Shown: in pieces, positions 57,442 through 64,000 of the stretch
Position numbering within the stretch: position 1 is the first letter of the stretch
Layout of the letters: every line of letters starts with the position of its first letter
Virus record (IMG/VR): IMGVR_UViG_3300028888_000085
Coordinates: 34,608 to 98,607 of that record
Strand: one strand, 5' to 3'
Source of the DNA: a virus
Taxonomy: Duplodnaviria; Caudoviricetes
Length of the DNA: 64,000 nt
Program-made: the position numbers and the translations under genes
The notes under the pieces: generated by a model
The model's input: only the letters and a program-made list of their open reading frames with translations
The model's database searches: none
Told to the model about the DNA's origin: nothing

Positions 57442-60249
57442 TCAAAGTGTTTTTATCATCTTCTGTGCATAGAAGTAACCAATCAAATCACCTACACGAC
57501 GACCGTTTCCAAGCTGCCGTGCATATCTAGCTCTTTTGTTTTCTTTTTCGTCTTCTGTTTTTCCACGTGTATTAGCATATTCAACACAGTATGCGTTATA
57601 CTGTGCTTTTGGAGCAACCGCTGTTCCGTCACGCTTACAGCATGTGTCTGCTTTGGCGGGTGTCGAATTGGAGATGCGTGCAATGCAGAAGATGTCGTTT
57701 AAGGTTGCATTCTTTAGTTTGTTACGCTGTTCCATCCAGAAATGGTCAACCCAATATCTGAAAAGAATCCGCTGATACGGATACGAACCATCACTGTTTT
57801 GTGCATACAGAATTTCATGTGCCCAATCCTGCCACGGTTTGGACGGAAAAGGACTGGACGCAGAAAACCTTGAGGCGAGACCGGAACGTTTTGACGCATT
57901 TGTTCCCATACCGTCAAAGTTACAGATGCACTTTCCACCGTTATCCAGATATGGAATTTTTCGTCCGCTTCCGTCACTCATATCCTGCCATACTGCACTG
58001 TTTGCATTCGTGTAGAATATAAGATTCAGCATTTCTCTTGTAGCGTACTTCGCAGGGAATCCGATTAGACGATAAAGGTTATACAACGCACCAGAATCGA
58101 AATGGGCGATACCGAGTCCGCCAACTTTGTAATCAAACAGTCCTTTTCCGTGTGCTTCATCCGGTGCATCCCATCCTTTACGTTTTCGACCGTCTTTGCA
58201 TAAGGTCATACAGTCAGTTACTCCACTTGGGACGTTTGAGAATCCCCAGTTACCTGCACCACCAAGCAAACCGAGAAGTGCCATGTTGCATTCTTCGAGA
58301 ATGTGTTTCTTGAACCAGTCTGACGACACATCCAAAACTCTTTTTGTTCCTACAGAAGAAATAAGTTCATCGACGGCTTTGTCGAATTTACCATTCTTCA
58401 TGTTTTCGGGAGTTCTGTCTACGGAGACCGGAACTGGATTTGCGTAACCAGAACACAGATACGAACAGAAATTTGCACTTGAAGCCATACTGCCTCCATC
58501 GTTATCGGGTTCGCCTCTATCTTCAGACGAAACGTAATCATCATCAATCGTTCCTTCACTGCCACTGCTTCCAGTTCCAGAAGAGTTTAGCAACGACTTG
58601 ATGATTCCAGTTTGTGTTTGTAATGCACTGGAATCATGGACCCCAGCCATTGTGGAACCGCCGCCCCTGACTGCATTCATAGCGTTTTGTTCCAATGCGG
58701 TTGGCATATTGGCCAACTGTACTGAGGTTGAAACCACCCCACCGGACCATTGAAATGTAACGCTTTCAACACGATAAAAACCTTGTACGACACCAGCAAG
58801 CCCGTTACTCGTATAGCTGTAAATCTCAGCATACTGTGAGAGTCCGTCACCCCAATGGATGAAATTCCTGCAAGAGATTTGAACTTTTGCACCCTCGGTA
58901 TTGTTCCTTAGTGCAATCATTGCAAGTCTCATATAGGTGCTTGTTGCATTGTCGTTTGCCATAAAACGACCGCTGGGTGTAAACACCATTGTGCCGTTCG
59001 GCGTATCCTGAACGTCGAAATTCACATTCATCAGGAAGCTACTGTCAACTGTCGAAGACACTGAGTCCAAAGGTATGGCAACTTTGTTATTCCATAATCC
59101 GTATGGTTTAGGAGCATTATAAAGAAACACGACACGGTCTAACGACAAGTCGGTTCCTTCCATATCAGCCGGGGTTAATGATTCATCGTCCTTTCTTACA
59201 GCAACAAGGTACGACCCTGAATTGTTCACATCCTTACGTGGTATATAAATCTCTCGCTCAGATTCTGGGAGACTTGTTATGTCTGAGACAGACTCTAACC
59301 CTTCTTTTGCAGCGAACAGATTGTCGATGATGTTGCTAAATTCTCTCTCATACATGGATGATGCAGAAGAGGCGTTTGCCGAACTGTTCAGTACGGCAAA
59401 CTCGTACATACCGTTTCGGAAATAAAATTTCTTCTTTTCTTTTTTTAATTCCGAAATCCATTCTTCTAATGTGAAGAACTTGTCAGTACCTTTCAAACAG
59501 GAAGCAAATCGAACATCCACTTTGTAAAGTGTCTTGAAGGCTTTAAAAACCTCTTCTGGTTCTGAATAACGCTCACCGACGACGCCACGGCACATATTTG
59601 GTGATGACTGGTCAGGCATGGACGCTAAAGAAGATTCGTTAGAAGTCCCGCCCGTACTCCCCTCTGTTGCTTGAAGTGAATTGATGGCATCCTGTATGGC
59701 TTGCTTGTGTTTATCGTAAGCCATGTTTGAACCTTCAACAGAGCTTCCGAAGTCAAGCATGTGAAAGTCCTGCAACGACTGGTACGTGTTACCCATATTT
59801 CCTGACGAGTTCATGTCCAGTTGAAATGTTATCGTGGATGGTGTCCCCATGTTGTAGGACCACCCTTTCACATTCAGAAACCACACACGTGTTCCACTGT
59901 AACACTTTATCCCGATTGCCATAGTACCGAAATTTCCTTCGGCAGCTATACCATACTGTGTGTTGCCTGTTGATACGGCAGTACGATTAGCGTTATTTAC
60001 TAGACTTTCAAGATTTGAGTCTTTCTTCGATGATGCAACAACGGACAACAGGGTAAACAAGTCTTCGTAGTAATCGACTACCGTAATCGTACCCTCTACG
60101 GAAGCCATACCTGACTCAGAACTTGTTGAGACGTTCTGCACGAGGTTCACACTCTGTACGGCTTTCATACGTGTAAAGTCGAACTGGTACGAACCGATGC
60201 CTAACACAGCTTTGACGAATGTGCTGTTCTTGTAGTTCTCAAGGCTCAT
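57442..60249 (-). CDS. Putative baseplate hub/tail protein with C-terminal extra domain
   Basis: GFYRVESVTFQW...STSVQL resembles a hub-domain end; followed by an S/G linker and a ~340-aa domain. Confidence 0.45.
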   Translation of the reverse strand: MSLENYKNSTFVKAVLGIGSYQFDFTRMKAVQSVNLVQNVSTSSESGMASVEGTITVVDYYEDLFTLLSVVASSKKDSNLESLVNNANRTAVSTGNTQYGIAAEGNFGTMAIGIKCYSGTRVWFLNVKGWSYNMGTPSTITFQLDMNSSGNMGNTYQSLQDFHMLDFGSSVEGSNMAYDKHKQAIQDAINSLQATEGSTGGTSNESSLASMPDQSSPNMCRGVVGERYSEPEEVFKAFKTLYKVDVRFASCLKGTDKFFTLEEWISELKKEKKKFYFRNGMYEFAVLNSSANASSASSMYEREFSNIIDNLFAAKEGLESVSDITSLPESEREIYIPRKDVNNSGSYLVAVRKDDESLTPADMEGTDLSLDRVVFLYNAPKPYGLWNNKVAIPLDSVSSTVDSSFLMNVNFDVQDTPNGTMVFTPSGRFMANDNATSTYMRLAMIALRNNTEGAKVQISCRNFIHWGDGLSQYAEIYSYTSNGLAGVVQGFYRVESVTFQWSGGVVSTSVQLANMPTALEQNAMNAVRGGGSTMAGVHDSSALQTQTGIIKSLLNSSGTGSSGSEGTIDDDYVSSEDRGEPDNDGGSMASSANFCSYLCSGYANPVPVSVDRTPENMKNGKFDKAVDELISSVGTKRVLDVSSDWFKKHILEECNMALLGLLGGAGNWGFSNVPSGVTDCMTLCKDGRKRKGWDAPDEAHGKGLFDYKVGGLGIAHFDSGALYNLYRLIGFPAKYATREMLNLIFYTNANSAVWQDMSDGSGRKIPYLDNGGKCICNFDGMGTNASKRSGLASRFSASSPFPSKPWQDWAHEILYAQNSDGSYPYQRILFRYWVDHFWMEQRNKLKNATLNDIFCIARISNSTPAKADTCCKRDGTAVAPKAQYNAYCVEYANTRGKTEDEKENKRARYARQLGNGRRVGDLIGYFYAQKMIKTL

Positions 60250-60270
60250 TGATGCTTACCCACGATATGT

Positions 60271-61014
60271 CTATTTGAGGTCTATGATTGCTTTACATAG
60301 TGATTCTGGTTTCGTTGTACTGTCCGCACGTAAAACACGAATGTGATGTCGTCCAAGGTACGCTTTTCGTTCATGTTCCTTTTCTTCATCGTACCATCTA
60401 TGACCGGGTTCATCGTATTCGACAGCACATACGAATCGGTTATTCTCGTCAAAAACAGCGAAGTCTATTCTGTATGTACCGACGGAAAACTGACGTTCTA
60501 TCCTGTACCCCCATTGTGAAAGCATGGAATAAATGCGGTCATAAAAATGTGTCTCAGGACGTGAGGGACAGATTATTTCACGTTCAATTCCCAAAGAACT
60601 GCACAGCGCCTTTTTCACCCTGTCAGAGGTCATCGTATTGTGCGACAGGATAAAGATTATTCCGTCTATGGTTGTGAAGCATGAACGCTTTTTGAACTCT
60701 AAAAATTCGTCAGGCACAAGGCAGTTCAGTTCGCATACGAAATCTTCAAAGGTCGGCTCAAAGTCGTCGAAGTCAATACGGTCAAGAAGGTACGGTCGAA
60801 AAGCATCATCCATCGTGAGAAGAAATTCAGGAGCTTGCGACAGAAGCATTTTCAGCCCCTGAACTCTTCTGTACCCGAGAATACTTGCAAGATTGGACAA
60901 TGGGTACATTACGGTTTCAGCGATACGTAATTCCCATAAGCACAGTTCAAACCCTCTCAGATTACGTCTGTGTGCTTCCAAAGCTCCTGTACTATCCCGG
61001 TAAATGTACTGCAT
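60271..61014 (-). CDS. BRO-like N-terminus plus DUF559/Vsr-like endonuclease domain
   Basis: RQFSVGTYRIDF...VEYDEPGH. Confidence 0.65.
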   Translation of the reverse strand: MQYIYRDSTGALEAHRRNLRGFELCLWELRIAETVMYPLSNLASILGYRRVQGLKMLLSQAPEFLLTMDDAFRPYLLDRIDFDDFEPTFEDFVCELNCLVPDEFLEFKKRSCFTTIDGIIFILSHNTMTSDRVKKALCSSLGIEREIICPSRPETHFYDRIYSMLSQWGYRIERQFSVGTYRIDFAVFDENNRFVCAVEYDEPGHRWYDEEKEHERKAYLGRHHIRVLRADSTTKPESLCKAIIDLK

Positions 61015-61017
61015 GGT

Positions 61018-61260
61018 TTACTTCACACTCTGCTTCTTATAGTTTGACATTGCTCTTCGGACAACAGACGCAATACCAGAACGTGCGTCTTCAAAGGATT
61101 CATTGGACACTGTACGAGATGAAGTGTCTCCAAATGGTGTTCTTACATCATTCGTAGAGTAACCTTCGACTGCAAGGTAATGGGCCAGTGATCCGTGATC
61201 AACCATCTCAACCTGTACTGGTGTGTGTTTTTTCTTGTTAGTTTCTTTCTTGATAAGCAT
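61018..61260 (-). CDS. Small hypothetical protein (MLIKKE leader)
   Basis: SD AGGAG. Confidence 0.6.
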   Translation of the reverse strand: MLIKKETNKKKHTPVQVEMVDHGSLAHYLAVEGYSTNDVRTPFGDTSSRTVSNESFEDARSGIASVVRRAMSNYKKQSVK

Positions 61261-61345
61261 AACGTCTTCTCCTGTTTATGATTTGGCCGAACATAAAGTT
61301 GTCGGCATAGAAACTTTTTACCTTTGGTTTGATTGCAAGTGACAA

Positions 61346-61375
61346 TAAAAAAGCCGCTTCTCATGGAAGCGGCTT
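61346..61375 (-). terminator. Intrinsic terminator of cassette E
   Basis: AAGCCGCTTC-TCATG-GAAGCGGCTT with a T-tract on the minus strand. Confidence 0.8.
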
Positions 61376-61396
61376 GATGAAAATCTTGGTTATTTA

Positions 61397-61592
61397 TTGC
61401 TGTAAGCCATCAGCATGAAAGCCGATGTAATGCGTACCGCCCGTAAGGGCGATACGGCTTCCCCTCGACAAGGCATCAACAGAATTGAATGAACTGGGGC
61501 GGTATTCAAACGTTTCATTAAAGTTGATGCATAGCTCAAAAGAGCTGCGTCTGTTCTCATTAGTGTGACATTTGTTACGGGTGTTTTTAGAG
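61397..61592 (-). ncRNA. Anti-repeat + omegaRNA-like scaffold E
   Basis: Homologous to scaffolds A and D. Confidence 0.87.
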
Positions 61593-62014
61593 GCACCACA
61601 CCCATAACAAATGCCATACCTCTGAGACACCTATGGCTGTATGAAGACCTGTCTGTATGTATCACACCCATAACAAATGTCATACCTCTGAGACAATCTC
61701 TCTGGGCTCTGTATACGACGCCCCGTATCACACCTGTAAGAAATGTCACACCTCTGAGACCAGTTGATAGCGCACCCAACCCTCAGGCGTGTATCACACC
61801 TATAAAAATGTCATACCTATGAGACCTGAGAAATGATTGTCTGTGATTCCGGACAGTATCACACCTGTGTTAAATGCTATACCTCTGAGACAGCGCAAAC
61901 ATAGCGGTCACGAGATGCTCAGTGTTACACCTATGTTAAATGTCATCCATCTGAGACCTCCTCATTAAAAAGTGGGCGAAATTGCCAAGTCAATAAATGC
62001 CATACCTCTGATAC
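61593..62014 (-). CRISPR. Array E: 6 repeats plus 1 partial; five 30-nt spacers
   Basis: Repeats at 61593, 61659, 61725, 61791, 61856, 61922; partial repeat 61992-62014. Confidence 0.93.
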
Positions 62015-62042
62015 GCAGTAAGGTCTTTGCCTTACACAGTGA

Positions 62043-62082
62043 ATTATACCACAGTTCTTTAAATCAAAGCTCACAGCACCAC
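62043..62082 (-). promoter_or_regulatory. Phage promoter motif for cassette E
   Basis: GTGGTGCTGT-N21-TGGTATAAT (consensus extended -10). Confidence 0.75.
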
Positions 62083-62138
62083 ACAATCAAATCAGTGGGT
62101 CGTCTTTTTGGTTATTGATGCAACGATTAGGTGAATCT

Positions 62139-64000
62139 ATGTCAATAAGAATACGAAAATCTCATGGCGGTAAATTCCTTGTTTCACACAGAAGCGTCCA
62201 TTATCACGACATCATGTCAAATACAGTGTTGCAGAGAGATGTGGCTCGCTCTGGGAACATGTATGTCAGACATTCGTTCAAGCATTTCCTGAACGTAAAG
62301 ATGGCCTCTTACGCATTACCGTCTTTCCGTCCTCTGTCAGGAAAGTGCATTGGAAAAGACTGCATACAGCCGGATATGTCCTGTCATTCAGGAATCGTTC
62401 GTGAGTTGGACGAAGGGCTTACGCCTGAGATGTACCTGAATATGAGTGCTCTTGCGTGCACAGACGGAGTCAGGTTTGTTAAAGGCGGGCAGTTCTACTA
62501 TGTAAATTTAAATGACGGAAATCTGTTACGTGATGACTCATTCACTCGAAAGCAGTATCCGTTTGGGATTTACTATGGATGGTTCAAAGTCCGTGTATGG
62601 ACGACTTCAAAGGATTACAAGAAGGAGTACAACCAAAGCGGGTACATGTATGAAAAATTCGTCAAAGGATTTCTCTTACAGAAACGAACCGCAAAGTTCC
62701 TTTGTGGCCGTGTCGTGTGGATTGACGAGATAACAAGCAGGAAACGAACAAACAACACGTATTCACGAGAGGTTGAATATCCTGCTGAAACTGCTTACTT
62801 TGTTGGTGATGAATTAAAACAGGGATTGTTCAAACGATGTGCGTGCAAGAACTTTGTCCCTGCAAACCCACTGTTTTATATTCCATTTGAAGCCTATGAT
62901 GCACTGCCTTTCATTGACGCCTTTATACCTGTCAATTTCAGAAATCCTGTCTGTGCAGGAATGAAACTTCCGCCTTCTCTTGAACTGTCTTATGTGAAAA
63001 ATGTCAAGTGGATTTCTACGGCACCTGGTGTGACTTCGTCATCCGGAAATGTCTTTATGGAAGACCCAACGGAGCGTCTGTTTGAGTACACGATGGTTCG
63101 TATACCGACAGAGAAAGAATGGGTAAGGCTCGTTACTCCGAAAAACATCGAAGACCACAAAAAGAATCTTGCGTTGAAAGCCTTTGCGAAATTCTTGTCT
63201 CAGCACACTTCACACACAGGAAGCAGAGGCACTTTAAAATTCAAATACATTGACCTGAAAAAATGGCTTGCAGAAAACAAAGTAACCCTCCAGGAAATGA
63301 CGAACCGTCTGCTTATCACGCAGCTCAAAGATGCCATGGTACAAGGGATGACTCAGTACACCAATGACATGGTAATTTATGAAACCACGCAGCTGACACC
63401 ACGCGACAAAAAAGAGTTCTTTTCTGAGCAGAAGTACACAGAGACGCCGCTTTATCTGAATGGTCAACAGGTGAAGTCAATAATCAAGTCTGACACAGAG
63501 ACAATAAAGAAACCAATACGTATCGTAACTTCGACAACAACATACACGACGGTAGTAAACAAGTATGACTTTTCTTCCGGAGAGTTTATCAGCAGAACAG
63601 AAACGCATGAGACACAAGTCAGACCCGTTTCAACATTACTTCTTGGCGGGAAAGAAGTGTTCAAAGAAATGGCAATGACGCCTACAATAAGTGCCGGATT
63701 TACGATGACATTAGCCTCAAGTACAGTCAAGTCCTTAATTAAGACATACAACACATACGCATCAGGAAACGGCTTGCCTCAGTTATCGCAATACATTTTC
63801 AATCCGATAGAGGTTATACGTTCAATTATGTACGATGCAGAGAACGAATGCTACAGAAAACTCCGTATCGACACGAAAGACCCAAAAGGCGATACGATTC
63901 CTGTTACAATGGACTCAATGGTTATTGGCTTTTCATTGCCAAAGTCTCTTCAGGACAGTGAATCAGAAGGCGATGCCTATTACTTTGCACTCATAAACAG
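62139..64000 (+). CDS. Large hypothetical protein running off the window (MSIRIRKSH...)
   Basis: SD AGGTG before ATG 62139. The frame appears open to the window end by manual reading, which would explain its absence from the track. Confidence 0.55.
   Translation, partial: MSIRIRKSHGGKFLVSHRSVHYHDIMSNTVLQRDVARSGNMYVRHSFKHFLNVKMASYALPSFRPLSGKCIGKDCIQPDMSCHSGIVRELDEGLTPEMYLNMSALACTDGVRFVKGGQFYYVNLNDGNLLRDDSFTRKQYPFGIYYGWFKVRVWTTSKDYKKEYNQSGYMYEKFVKGFLLQKRTAKFLCGRVVWIDEITSRKRTNNTYSREVEYPAETAYFVGDELKQGLFKRCACKNFVPANPLFYIPFEAYDALPFIDAFIPVNFRNPVCAGMKLPPSLELSYVKNVKWISTAPGVTSSSGNVFMEDPTERLFEYTMVRIPTEKEWVRLVTPKNIEDHKKNLALKAFAKFLSQHTSHTGSRGTLKFKYIDLKKWLAENKVTLQEMTNRLLITQLKDAMVQGMTQYTNDMVIYETTQLTPRDKKEFFSEQKYTETPLYLNGQQVKSIIKSDTETIKKPIRIVTSTTTYTTVVNKYDFSSGEFISRTETHETQVRPVSTLLLGGKEVFKEMAMTPTISAGFTMTLASSTVKSLIKTYNTYASGNGLPQLSQYIFNPIEVIRSIMYDAENECYRKLRIDTKDPKGDTIPVTMDSMVIGFSLPKSLQDSESEGDAYYFALIN

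Noticed and set aside
61390-61822. ORFs over the arrays and scaffolds (also 29982-30206, 39579-39957, 48392-48583)
   Set aside because: They are translations of repeats or structured RNA with repeating peptides and no RBS; covariation supports RNA function.
63558-63570. AACAAGTATGAC match to the spacer of array B
   Set aside because: Only about 12 nt, at the scaffold-distal end of the spacer; compatible with chance.
1-64000. Alternative genetic code, tRNA or rRNA genes
   Set aside because: Genes are full-length in the standard code and all three stop codons are used. No tRNA or rRNA was recognised by eye; tRNAscan was not run.

Overview
This window is a segment of a large myovirus-like (probably jumbo) phage genome. 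It carries a contractile-tail module (sheath, gp19-like tube, tape-measure with an NlpC/P60 domain), SF1B and SNF2 helicases, an ATP-dependent ligase, five DNA methyltransferases, an amidase, an IS607 element and many hypotheticals. The standout is a phage-encoded, CRISPR-associated IscB system. One enlarged IscB (607 aa, 46567-48390) has intact PLMP, RuvC, bridge-helix and HNH motifs plus extra insertions. It sits downstream of a mini CRISPR array whose last 36-nt repeat is fused to an anti-repeat and an omegaRNA-like scaffold, i.e. a natural sgRNA. Four further nuclease-free array+scaffold cassettes are scattered through the window (about 24.9, 29.9, 39.5 and 61.4 kb) with 1, 2, 6 and 6-7 repeats. 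They have mostly 30-nt spacers, type II-like repeats and compensatory scaffold changes, and no cas1/cas2 is visible. All five cassettes lie downstream of a recurrent bipartite phage promoter motif (RTGGTGCTGT-N24-26-[-10 hexamer]). All calls come from manual motif reading; no database searches were run.
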